Positions 48,374 through 57,648 of a stretch of 64,000 nt of DNA are shown one piece after another; the first letter of the stretch is position 1, and every line of letters starts with the position of its first letter. Under the pieces are notes generated by a model. That model did not search any database. It was not told where the DNA came from and worked only from the letters and a program-made list of their open reading frames with translations. The stretch comes from Armatimonadota bacterium (GTDB lineage: Bacteria; Armatimonadota; HRBIN16), in NCBI GenBank assembly GCA_963677485.1, contig OY781964.1:4000001-4064000 (forward strand), read 5' to 3'. Both the position numbers and the translations under genes were made by a program.

Positions 48374-49456
48374 ATGACTCTATTAAGCCTGTTCGTGATC
48401 TCTGTAATCGCATTAGTGACCCTACAGCCAAAGAAGGCGTTGGCCGATGATATCAAATGGCGAGATGCCGCCTCACTAGAAGTCGAGGGGAGGGGATGGA
48501 GCCACACCGCAGGTCCATATGACAGGCTGCCTGATTCCGCCAAAGGTAAAATCAACTGGCTGGCTTGGGATCTCAGCAAGAACACGGCTGGTATTTGCAT
48601 CCGCTTCATCACAAATGCTGCAGTAGTCAGCGTGAAGTGGACGGTGACGAGTGCTAATATGGCCATGCCTCATATGCCAGCGACTGGGGTGAGCGGACTC
48701 GATCTGTATAGTAGGAACGCCAATGGTGAGTGGCGGTTTGTGGGTAATGGCCGACCTGGCGGTGTAGACAACGAATCGTCATTTAACCTACCTGAGGGTG
48801 CTAAGCTTCTTCGTGAGTGCCTGCTCTATTTACCTCTATATAACGGAATTAAATCGCTGACCATCGGAGTGCCCGCTGACTGCCGACTGGATGTTGCCGC
48901 TCCCCGGCCAGCGCGTCAGCGAAAGCCTGTGGTGGTATACGGGACTTCGATTGCTCAAGGCGGATGTGCTTCGAGGCCGGGTATGCTCTGTTCGTCGATT
49001 CTGGGCAGATGGCAGGACCGTACGATGGTAAACCTGGGTTTCTCAGCTTCAGGTGATATGGTACCTCCAGTCGGCGAAGTGCTGGCGGAGATTGATGCGG
49101 CGGCTTTTGTCATCGACTGCCTGTGGAACATGGGTGACCTCGAGCAGAAGGAGTTCGATCGGCGTGTGTTTGGGTTGGTACAGGCTATCCGAAAAATACA
49201 TCCTGTCACACCCATCGTGTTTGTAGGGCAGTCGTTGATACAGTCCGAAGCACATCCCACATCCATGACCCGCAAGCAAGAGGCCTCGGTGCACAGCTTG
49301 CAGAAGCAGGGTGACAAGAACCTCGTGCTGATACCAGGCGACAAGCTGATCGGCGACGATGGCGAAGCCACCGTGGACGGCGTCCATCTGACCGACTTGG
49401 GCATGGACCGTCAAGCCAAGGTGATGCTGCCGGTGTTGAAGAAGCTGCTTCGTTAA
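48374..49456 (+). CDS. secreted SGNH/GDSL hydrolase with GxDLY N-terminal domain
   Basis: SGLDLY, YLPLYN, YGTSIAQG, NLGFSA, DGVH. Confidence 0.85.
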   Translation: MTLLSLFVISVIALVTLQPKKALADDIKWRDAASLEVEGRGWSHTAGPYDRLPDSAKGKINWLAWDLSKNTAGICIRFITNAAVVSVKWTVTSANMAMPHMPATGVSGLDLYSRNANGEWRFVGNGRPGGVDNESSFNLPEGAKLLRECLLYLPLYNGIKSLTIGVPADCRLDVAAPRPARQRKPVVVYGTSIAQGGCASRPGMLCSSILGRWQDRTMVNLGFSASGDMVPPVGEVLAEIDAAAFVIDCLWNMGDLEQKEFDRRVFGLVQAIRKIHPVTPIVFVGQSLIQSEAHPTSMTRKQEASVHSLQKQGDKNLVLIPGDKLIGDDGEATVDGVHLTDLGMDRQAKVMLPVLKKLLR

Positions 49457-49507
49457 ATTGGATGTCTTCTGGCTGCTCTTCAGCGGCCAGAAGACATCGC
49501 ATGCCGT

Positions 49508-49732
49508 TTATGATTTACGGACTTTGGCGACGATGATGGCATCTTCCTCATTCAATGAGATCAGCTCATTCCTCGTCTTTTTGCACCAGGCATCGATATC
49601 TTGTTTGAACCCTAAGTCCCCGACTTCTATGGTCACAATGTCACCAGGATCAAGCTCTTTAACTTTGCTTGACAGGCGCACGATGGGTCCAGGGCACTGC
49701 AGTTCCCGAGCATCTATGTTGTATACAGCCAT
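49508..49732 (-). CDS. TusA/SirA-family sulfur carrier
   Basis: IDARELQCPGPIV (CPxP), DIDAWC; SD AAGGAG. Confidence 0.85.
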   Translation of the reverse strand: MAVYNIDARELQCPGPIVRLSSKVKELDPGDIVTIEVGDLGFKQDIDAWCKKTRNELISLNEEDAIIVAKVRKS

Positions 49733-49933
49733 GATCGTCTCCTTATTGACACGGGTAGTCCACCAAACGGATCTAGACGGGTGTGGCAGCAGCCTGTTTG
49801 TGAGCTGTGACTTGGCCACAGTGGCCTCAGTACTGATACAAAACTAAACCAGTCTGTTTACTAGATTATATCTGTTACCATGGCCGTATTGCGATAGCGG
49901 TGCTTGATGAACCTGAAATCCTGGTAAATATAT

Positions 49934-50475
49934 TTAAAGAGCCGTGCTATCATGAGCCGGGGTTGGGCGTTGTCTGCGTGCCAGACGCAAACACCTCGTT
50001 ATGAATGGGGTCTTTCCCGCGATGTACAGATCAATGTCATGTGGGTACAGCGCGGCTAGCTGCTTCTTCAGCTCACCATACTCGATGACGGCCTCTCGAT
50101 GGGAGCGCAGATAGTCGCGTAGATCAATGTGGTCAGCCAACGCACCCGCACCAGCAACACAGGCGTAGAGGTGGTGAGCTGGAAGGCCATTTAACGGTTG
50201 GCGAAATGCTTCCCGGCCTGTGATGCCTAAATCGCCTTCATGAGAGTATCCCAGAGCAGATAGTCTTGTGATCACCTCAGGCAGCAGTTCAATTGAGGGC
50301 AGCACGATGTCCATGTCGATGATAGGTTTCGCTGCTAACCCAGGAACTGATGTGCTTCCTACGTGTTCTATAGGGACTGTCAGTGGCGTGATCCCGGCTT
50401 CGATATGCTCCCTGATCTGCTCGAACCAACGGACCCATTCGGGATTGTAGTCATCGACAATGATTGTTCGTAGCC
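49934..50475 (-). CDS. GrpB/UPF0157-family nucleotidyltransferase-fold protein (no canonical start codon)
   Basis: Frame reads LRTIIVDDYNPEW..F...IEHVGSTSVPGLAAKPIIDMDI...HHLY...RDYLR...YGELK...YIAGK. Confidence 0.75.
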
Positions 50476-50478
50476 TAT

Positions 50479-51384
50479 TTACGGCGATGGCTCTTCACCG
50501 ATGCTGTGTACTTTCAGGGCCTTATCTCCTCTGCTGATGCTGTAAATCCGGAACGGGTAGGGTTCGGCTGCATGAATATCCTGGTATCCGCAGAAGTATA
50601 GCGTCTGCCCGTCTCGCGACCATATCGGTGAAGTGGCAAACAGATTTTCGGCGGTCATTCGCGTATGCTTTTTAGAGACCAGGTCCATGACATACAGTGC
50701 GGTATTCGGTTCATCGACGACTTTTTCGAACAACGCGGTGGGCTTGACAAAGCGGGTATACGCGATGAGTTTGGGGTTATTCGGACAGGGAGCAAAGCTG
50801 TCCGTGCTCGAAATCTGGCTGCCGCCCAGTAACGACTTCACACTCGTCTTCCAAACCACCGTTCCGCAAAGATCCAATCGATAAACTTTGTTCATGTCAT
50901 GAAACATTAGGCTGCGCCCATCACCTGCCCAGCGCAGTGAATAGAAGTTGTCGATGCCATATTTACCGGATACACCGATGCGTTTGAACCCTTTGCCGTC
51001 TGCCTGTATCGTACATAGAAGATGACCAACCCCTGTAAAGCAGGTGAAAGCAATCGTCTGAGAGCTGGGACCCCACTTTACGTCGTAAATCAAGTTCCGT
51101 TTTGTGAGCACAGTGGCTCGCCTCGTCCTGAGGTTCCAGACCACCAACTCGTATATCTCGCTGTCGGGCATCGATCTGCGGGTGAATGCGATCTTCGACT
51201 GGTCTGCACTAAGGCTTGGGCTACGGCCTTTCGTGATTTTGATGGGCGTTTTAGATCCTGCCGGCAGCAAATAGATGATGTTTTTGCGGCTGAACACCAG
51301 CGTATCGGGTGCGGATGCCAGGCATGAGGCAGCGGCGGCCATCAAACCGGCTGCGATGATCAGACGACAAAGTGTGTTGTTCAT
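50479..51384 (-). CDS. secreted TolB-like beta-propeller (PD40 repeats)
   Basis: Signal peptide; SPSLSADQSKIAF, WGPSSQTIAF, WAGDGRSL, PIWSRDGQTLYF. Confidence 0.75.
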   Translation of the reverse strand: MNNTLCRLIIAAGLMAAAASCLASAPDTLVFSRKNIIYLLPAGSKTPIKITKGRSPSLSADQSKIAFTRRSMPDSEIYELVVWNLRTRRATVLTKRNLIYDVKWGPSSQTIAFTCFTGVGHLLCTIQADGKGFKRIGVSGKYGIDNFYSLRWAGDGRSLMFHDMNKVYRLDLCGTVVWKTSVKSLLGGSQISSTDSFAPCPNNPKLIAYTRFVKPTALFEKVVDEPNTALYVMDLVSKKHTRMTAENLFATSPIWSRDGQTLYFCGYQDIHAAEPYPFRIYSISRGDKALKVHSIGEEPSP

Positions 51385-51516
51385 GTGAGACCTCTAGGGT
51401 GCGGTGGTTGTGTTAATCAAGCTCTATATGACATTATTGTACAAGAATCCAGGTTGGTCCGAATGGTATTATGAGGGTGATGTCAAGGCATGGGAGAACC
51501 GCCAAAAGGAGAAATC

Positions 51517-52341
51517 ATGGATATCAAAGGTAGAACCGTCATCGTCACCGGCTCAGGCAGCGGGATCGGCAGGGCACTGGCCGTTGAGTTTGCCGCGAAT
51601 GGCGCGAACGTGGTCTGCTGCGGGCGACGCGAAGCGCCACTCCTCGAAACGGCGGCGCTGATCGAAGCCGGAGGCGGCACCGCGCTGGCGATACCGGCCG
51701 ATGTGACCGATCTGCTGCAGGTCAACCGACTGGTGTTGCAGACCATCGAGCGGTTCGGCTCCATCGATGTGCTATTCAACAACGCAGGCAGTTTCAACGC
51801 CATCGGTGCCTTCTGGGAGGTCGATCCTGATGCCTGGTGGAACGACGTGATGATCAACATCCGCAGCGTGCAGCTTTGCTCACGGGCGGTGCTGCCGCAT
51901 ATGATGGTGCGAAATGAAGGAATCATCATCAGCATGAATGGTGAGGGAGCACTGGGACCGCTGCCGGGTGGCTCCGGATATGGCAGCTCCCGGGCGGCGG
52001 TGCTTCGCATGACAGACACCCTGGCCCGAGAGCTAGCCATCGCAGGCTCTGATGTGCAGGTATATGCCCTCGGCCCAGGGTTTGTTCGCACCGAGATGAC
52101 GGAGCTGCAGGTCACCACCGAGGGCGGCCGGAAATGGCTACCCGGTTCCGGGCAGGCGTTTGACGAAGGTGCCAACCGCCCTGCCGAAGATTGCGCCAAA
52201 GCGGCCGTGCGGCTGCTGCATCACGCCTGCAACGAGCTGAGCGGGCGGATTTTTGATGTGGACACCGACTTCGAGGCGATGGCCAGGCAAGCAGCCGAGA
52301 TTGCCGCCGCTGATTCTTATACCATGCGGTTTCACGTATAG
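51517..52341 (+). CDS. SDR-family oxidoreductase
   Basis: TGSGSGIG, NNAG, YGSSR (YxxxK variant), PGFVRT; SD AAGGAG. Confidence 0.88.
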   Translation: MDIKGRTVIVTGSGSGIGRALAVEFAANGANVVCCGRREAPLLETAALIEAGGGTALAIPADVTDLLQVNRLVLQTIERFGSIDVLFNNAGSFNAIGAFWEVDPDAWWNDVMINIRSVQLCSRAVLPHMMVRNEGIIISMNGEGALGPLPGGSGYGSSRAAVLRMTDTLARELAIAGSDVQVYALGPGFVRTEMTELQVTTEGGRKWLPGSGQAFDEGANRPAEDCAKAAVRLLHHACNELSGRIFDVDTDFEAMARQAAEIAAADSYTMRFHV

Positions 52342-52355
52342 GAAAGGGAACGTCT

Positions 52356-52500
52356 CACGCGAAGCCGCGAAGGACGCGAAGAGGGAAGCATTGCATGGCG
52401 GTAGCTCCATCGGTCCGATCCGACGGATTGGACGGATTGGACCGATAGGCTGCTTCCTTCTTTCCTCCTCTTCTCCTTCACTCCTCTACTCCCTTACGCT
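52356..52500. repeat. cluster of short-period (8-9 nt) tandem repeats
   Basis: cacgcgaagccgcgaaggacgcgaag; cggattggacggattggaccgatagg; pyrimidine-rich ctcct repeats. Confidence 0.6.
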
Positions 52501-52595
52501 ACTGTAACCTTTCCAAACACCATATTTCTACCTGTGTCGGTGCTTACGATATAATGCAAACTGTGGGTTCATAACAATTCTCACGGAGGCCTGTA

Positions 52596-53468
52596 ATGGG
52601 TATATCTCGTATAGCCGTCATCGGTGGCGAAGGCATGCTTGGCAAAGATGTCGTCAGCGCATTTCAGCTTCGCGGAATCGAGGCGATTGCCGCTGATAAA
52701 ACAAGCACAGAACACCCGGTAGACATCACCGATATGCACTCAGTTGAGAGCATATTAAGCGGATGTGATGCCGCGGTTTTGACGGCAGCCTATACCGATG
52801 TGGACGGCTGCGAGCGCAACCCGAAGTTGGCCTATCACGTGAACGCATTTGGAGCTGGCGCGGTGGCATCTGTATGTCGCCGCTACTCTATTCCGATGGT
52901 TTATATTAGCACCGACTTCGTGTTTGATGGCTGCACAGAGAGCCCTTACCGTGAACACCAGCCGGCCAACCCGCTTGGCGTGTATGGTGCCAGTAAGTGG
53001 GCAGGTGAGCAATGGGTGCGAGAGGTATGCCCGGAGCACTACATTTGCCGCACGGCCTGGTTATTCGGTGCCAATGGGAAGAGCTTTCCGAAGACCATGC
53101 TGAACGCGCACCGCGCGGGCAGAGAGCTGAGGGTGGTGGCAGACCAGCAGGGTTGCCCAACCTACACCAAGGACCTGGCGGACTGGGTATGCCATCTGCT
53201 GCTGAGTGGCGCGCCATACGGCACATACCACACGGTAAACTCCGGCAGCACGAGCTGGCATGGTCTGGCTGAAGAGGTGTTTCGGATAGCCGGTCTCGAT
53301 GTGACGATCAAGCCGATCGATCATACCGAATTCACGACACCGACGGAACGCCCGCCATATTCAGTTCTCAACACGGAGCGGCTGCAGCAAACGGGAGCAA
53401 CAGAACCGAGGCCATGGCAACTGGCCTTGAAAGATTTTATGAAAGAGATCGGCGAATGCGCCGATTGA
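52596..53468 (+). CDS. rfbD: dTDP-4-dehydrorhamnose reductase
   Basis: GGEGMLG, AAYTDVDGCE, ISTDFVFDG, YGASK, DQQGCPT, RPPYSVL. Confidence 0.93.
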   Translation: MGISRIAVIGGEGMLGKDVVSAFQLRGIEAIAADKTSTEHPVDITDMHSVESILSGCDAAVLTAAYTDVDGCERNPKLAYHVNAFGAGAVASVCRRYSIPMVYISTDFVFDGCTESPYREHQPANPLGVYGASKWAGEQWVREVCPEHYICRTAWLFGANGKSFPKTMLNAHRAGRELRVVADQQGCPTYTKDLADWVCHLLLSGAPYGTYHTVNSGSTSWHGLAEEVFRIAGLDVTIKPIDHTEFTTPTERPPYSVLNTERLQQTGATEPRPWQLALKDFMKEIGECAD

Positions 53469-53488
53469 TATATAGATAGAGGCGACTG

Positions 53489-56233
53489 ATGGATTTCAAT
53501 AAGACACTGAATCTACCCAAGACCGACTTCCCCATGCGGGCAGACCTCGTGAAGAGGGAGCCCGTGTGGCAGCAGTTCTGGGCAGAGCATGATATCACCC
53601 GCAAGGCTGTGGAGCAGAACCGTCCGAACGGCGTATTCGTGCTGCATGACGGCCCGCCATACTCCAACGGCAACATCCACATGGGACATGCGCTGAACAA
53701 GATACTCAAAGACTTCATCGTGAAGTATAAAACCCTCCGCGGATTCAGCGCGCCGTATGTTCCGGGCTGGGACAACCACGGGATGCCGATTGAGAACGAG
53801 GTGACCAAGGAGTTCCGCGCGAAAAAGCAGACTCCAGATAAAGTCACCCTTCGCAAGCGGTGCCGCAGCTACGCCGCGGAATACGTTGAGAAGCAGAAGT
53901 CACAGTTCCTTCGGCTTGGTATCGGCGGCGACTGGGATAACCCTTACCTGACCATGAAACCTCATTTTGAAGCCACCATCGTGCGCGTATTCGGCGAGCT
54001 CGTGGAAAAGGGGTTCGTCTATCGCGGGCTGAAACCTGTTCTGTGGTGCCCTGTCTGCGAGACCGCTCTGGCGGATGCTGAAGTGGAGTATCACGAGCAT
54101 ACCTCACACAGCATCACCGTGAAGTTCCCCCTGCTGGCTGACCCAAAAAAGCTGGCTGACGGGCTAATAGATCCGCATGTGGTGATCTGGACCACCACCC
54201 CCTGGACCATCCCGGCTAACCTGGCCGTCGCGGTGCATCCCGACGAGGAGTATGCCTGGGTTAAGTGCGAGGCCGGCACCCTTCTGATGGCCACCGCACT
54301 GATCGACAGCGTCATAGATGTCTGCGGCTTGGAATGGCATGAAGTGATCCGTACCTGCACCGGCCGCGGTCTTGAGGGATTGGTGTTCAAACACCCTCTG
54401 TATGATCGCGAATCGCCTGTGGTTCTGGCCGACTACGTCACGATGACCGACGGCACCGGTGTGGTTCATACCGCGCCTGGCCACGGTGAGGACGACTTCC
54501 GCACAGGTAAGCGCTACGGGTTGGATGCCTACTGCCCTGTCGATGGCTCCGGCCATTATAACCAGACGGTGGGCGAGCGGCTGGCGGGTCTGCATATCAA
54601 AGAGGCGAACGGAGCTGTCATCGAGTGGCTGAGGGAGAACGGGGTTCTGCTGAACCACACGCCATTTGAGCACCAGTATCCATACTGCTGGCGATGCCGC
54701 AGCTCGCTGATCTTCCGGGCCACCACGCAGTGGTTTATGAACATCGACCACGATGGACACCGCCAGAAGTGCGTGGAGAGCATCAAGCAGACCAAATGGT
54801 ATCCCGCACAGAGCATCAACCGCATCACCAGCATGGTGGAGGGGCGCCCTGACTGGTGCCTCAGCCGTCAGCGAAGCTGGGGTGTGAATATCCCAGCCTT
54901 CCATTGCTCTGACTGTGGCGAAGTGCTGTTGGATTCTCATATCATTGCGAACGTAGCTGATCTGGTGGAACAAAACAACTCCGATATCTGGAGCGAACAG
55001 CCTGCGGAATTCTTCTTGCCCGAGGGGCAGAAGTGTACCAAGTGCGGTGGCAGCACGTTCGAGAAAGAGACCGACACACTGGATGTCTGGTTCGATAGCG
55101 GATCGACCAACCGAGCTGTGCTGGAGAGCCGCCCTGAGCTGCACTGGCCAGCCGACGTCTACCTTGAGGGCTCTGACCAGCACCGTGGTTGGTTCAACTC
55201 CAGTCTGATGGTCGCACAGGCCACCAAAGGCCAAGCACCGTATAAAACTGTCATCACCAACGGCTGGATGCTGGATGCTCAGGGTCACCCGATGCACAAG
55301 TCACTTGGCAATGTGATCTTGCCGTCGGAAGTCATCGCCAAATACGGTGCTGATGTGATGCGGTTATGGGTAGCCAGCGTGAACTACATGGAAGATGTGC
55401 GGCTGAGCTACGACATCTTGGACCGCACCTCGGAGAACTTCCGGCGCATCCGCAACACTGCGCGGTTCATACTTGGCAACATCAGTGACTTCGATGTGGA
55501 GACGCAAGCGGTGCCAGAGGCTGATCTGCTGCCACTCGACCGCTGGGCCTTGGCCCGGCTGCGAGAGGTGATGAACAACTGCCGCGCCTATTTCGATGAG
55601 TTCGAGTTCAACAAGGTATATCAAGAGGTGCATCTCTACTGCGCTCAAGACCTGAGCGGCTTCTATATGGATGTGCTGAAAGACCGGCTGTATGCCTCCA
55701 AGGCGGACAGTCTGGACCGGCGCAGCGCGCAGACGGTTCTGCTGGAAATCTGCAAGAGGCTGGCGCAGGTTTTGGCGCCGATCATGACGCACACCTCTGA
55801 AGAGATATGGCAGGCACTGCCCATCGGCAACAAGCAGGAGAGCGTGCTGCTGAGCGTGCTTGAGTGTCAGGACTTCGGCCCTGAAGACGCCGCTGTGGTG
55901 GCGAAGTGGGCACCTGTGTTAGAGCTGCGTGAAGTGGTCAACAAGGCAATGGAAGAGTTCCGTCAAGGCGGCGAGATCAAGCGTAGTCAAGAAGCGGCTG
56001 TTCTTGTGACGGCATCCGCTGAGATGCTGGCATCTCTGGCAGATTACACCGGCATGATGGCCGATCTGTTCATGGTAGGTGGCGTCGAACTGTCCGAGGG
56101 TGCTGAGCTTCTCGTGACCGTCAGCAAGGCGGTAGGGGAGAAGTGCCCTCGCTGCTGGCTGATCAAAACCGACATCGGGGCCAACTCGGCACAGCCGGAA
56201 GTTTGCGGCCGATGTGCTGAAGCGCTGACTTAA
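53489..56233 (+). CDS. ileS: isoleucine--tRNA ligase (type 1)
   Basis: HDGPPY, HMGH, WTTTPWT, GTGVVH, DWCLSRQR, EGSDQHRGWF, PMHKS, C-terminal CPRC...CGRC. Confidence 0.97.
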   Translation: MDFNKTLNLPKTDFPMRADLVKREPVWQQFWAEHDITRKAVEQNRPNGVFVLHDGPPYSNGNIHMGHALNKILKDFIVKYKTLRGFSAPYVPGWDNHGMPIENEVTKEFRAKKQTPDKVTLRKRCRSYAAEYVEKQKSQFLRLGIGGDWDNPYLTMKPHFEATIVRVFGELVEKGFVYRGLKPVLWCPVCETALADAEVEYHEHTSHSITVKFPLLADPKKLADGLIDPHVVIWTTTPWTIPANLAVAVHPDEEYAWVKCEAGTLLMATALIDSVIDVCGLEWHEVIRTCTGRGLEGLVFKHPLYDRESPVVLADYVTMTDGTGVVHTAPGHGEDDFRTGKRYGLDAYCPVDGSGHYNQTVGERLAGLHIKEANGAVIEWLRENGVLLNHTPFEHQYPYCWRCRSSLIFRATTQWFMNIDHDGHRQKCVESIKQTKWYPAQSINRITSMVEGRPDWCLSRQRSWGVNIPAFHCSDCGEVLLDSHIIANVADLVEQNNSDIWSEQPAEFFLPEGQKCTKCGGSTFEKETDTLDVWFDSGSTNRAVLESRPELHWPADVYLEGSDQHRGWFNSSLMVAQATKGQAPYKTVITNGWMLDAQGHPMHKSLGNVILPSEVIAKYGADVMRLWVASVNYMEDVRLSYDILDRTSENFRRIRNTARFILGNISDFDVETQAVPEADLLPLDRWALARLREVMNNCRAYFDEFEFNKVYQEVHLYCAQDLSGFYMDVLKDRLYASKADSLDRRSAQTVLLEICKRLAQVLAPIMTHTSEEIWQALPIGNKQESVLLSVLECQDFGPEDAAVVAKWAPVLELREVVNKAMEEFRQGGEIKRSQEAAVLVTASAEMLASLADYTGMMADLFMVGGVELSEGAELLVTVSKAVGEKCPRCWLIKTDIGANSAQPEVCGRCAEALT

Positions 56234-56235
56234 CA

Positions 56236-56715
56236 TTGCGGCGATTACACTTCCTATTGGTTGCTGCACTGGTCATGATACTAGACCAGTGCAGCAAACT
56301 CTGGGCCACCAGAGCCTTGATGCCCATACGCGAAATTGATTTGATTGATGGCATTTTTACGCTAACCTATGTGCGTAACCGGGGGGTAGCCTTCGGGCTG
56401 TTGCAGGGTACTGGTATGGCCATTGCCATGATCACCATTATCGTCATTGGCTGGGCGATCTGGTGGGCGTTCCAGCGTCCCCGGCTGGCACGTATCGAGA
56501 TATGGGCTTTGGGGCTCGTCACTGGCGGAAGCCTGGGCAATCTGATCGACCGTATCCGGCTGGGGTATGTGGTCGACTTCTTCGACTTTCAAGTTTGGCC
56601 CGTGTTCAACGTGGCGGATATCTGCATCTGCACCGCCGCGGCGTTGTGGATGTACCAGATATGGCAGCAGGAACGCCAGGCTAGTAAACCCGTGAAGGTC
56701 AAACGCAAACGGTAG
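56236..56715 (+). CDS. lspA: signal peptidase II
   Basis: DQCSK, NRGVAFG, GNLIDR, VVDF, FNVAD; follows ileS. Confidence 0.95.
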   Translation: MRRLHFLLVAALVMILDQCSKLWATRALMPIREIDLIDGIFTLTYVRNRGVAFGLLQGTGMAIAMITIIVIGWAIWWAFQRPRLARIEIWALGLVTGGSLGNLIDRIRLGYVVDFFDFQVWPVFNVADICICTAAALWMYQIWQQERQASKPVKVKRKR

Positions 56716-56744
56716 GTTTGGGTTCTGCATGCCGGAGATCCTCT

Positions 56745-57376
56745 GAACCACGGATGACGCGGATTGCACGAATGGGGTGTTGGTGACTGGTTTCACCAAC
56801 ACCCCATTTTGAATTGACCCGCATCGGGGGTAGGGTTTCCGGCGGTTCCTACCACGGGTTGCGCTGGCGCTTGCAAGTAACTGGTCGTTATTAAGGTTAT
56901 GCCGCCAAACTTCGACGGATTCCATCAGCCCGCTAAAGCAGGCCTCGTCACCCGTCGCTTATCATCTAGCTGTCCGCTGAAGCGGACGCGGGGATACGCC
57001 CTGCGCCGGCCGGAGCGAAGCGACGCCGGCCGCTAATGATCAGCCACGCGGTGAGGAAACCCCGTAGGGACGCCAGTCCCGTGGGGTGACTGAACCCGTG
57101 GCCATATGCCGACATCATCCGTTACACCATGGGCTGCCGTACCTTCACGGGCGAGTGCTTGTTGAGCAGTAGCCGAGACATTGATGTCGCGGTGGGAAGA
57201 CCGATGGTGTAGGCTCTCCGCCAGACCTGCCCGGTTAGGCAAAACCGCCCAAGAAATCGGTATTTAAGACAGCTGTGGCGGGCAAAAACCGCACCGGTCG
57301 ATGCCTCATCTGTGTCATCTGTGTAATCCGTGGATGTGTTCTTCCCATTCGCGTCTATTCGTGTCCATTCGTGGTT
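56745..57376. repeat. mosaic REP-like cluster (left): 16-bp hairpin, partial family B, family C, degenerate family A, 9-mer repeats
   Basis: aatggggtgttggtga / tcaccaacaccccatt; modules shared with 59110-59772, 30107-30210 and 3880-4175. Confidence 0.75.
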
Positions 57377-57648
57377 CTATAACAGATCGCGATTGACCCA
57401 GTGTCTTGCGACGATGCAAAGGTGGTTTGCAACGGCCCTGCTCGATACGGTTCTGTAACACCCCCATAGCAAGCCGTCGACAGAAAACACACGCATTCCT
57501 CCGTCCTCGATATGGGTTGGTAATGCCAAGACAAAAAAGGATAATATATACCGATGTCATTCGACACGGATGAAAGAACCTAAAGCTCGGATTGGTTAAT
57601 CGAGCATCTGTGTGCAATAAAACTAGTTGGTAAAGATGGGTCGGCAAT

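Noticed and set aside
53469-53488. T-box leader for ileS
   Set aside because: Only 20 nt separate rfbD and ileS, leaving no room for one.
57030-57065. Hammerhead ribozyme-like words (ctaatga...gaaac) in family C
   Set aside because: The core is not CUGAnGA, the stems do not fit hammerhead topology, and the second copy lacks GAAA.
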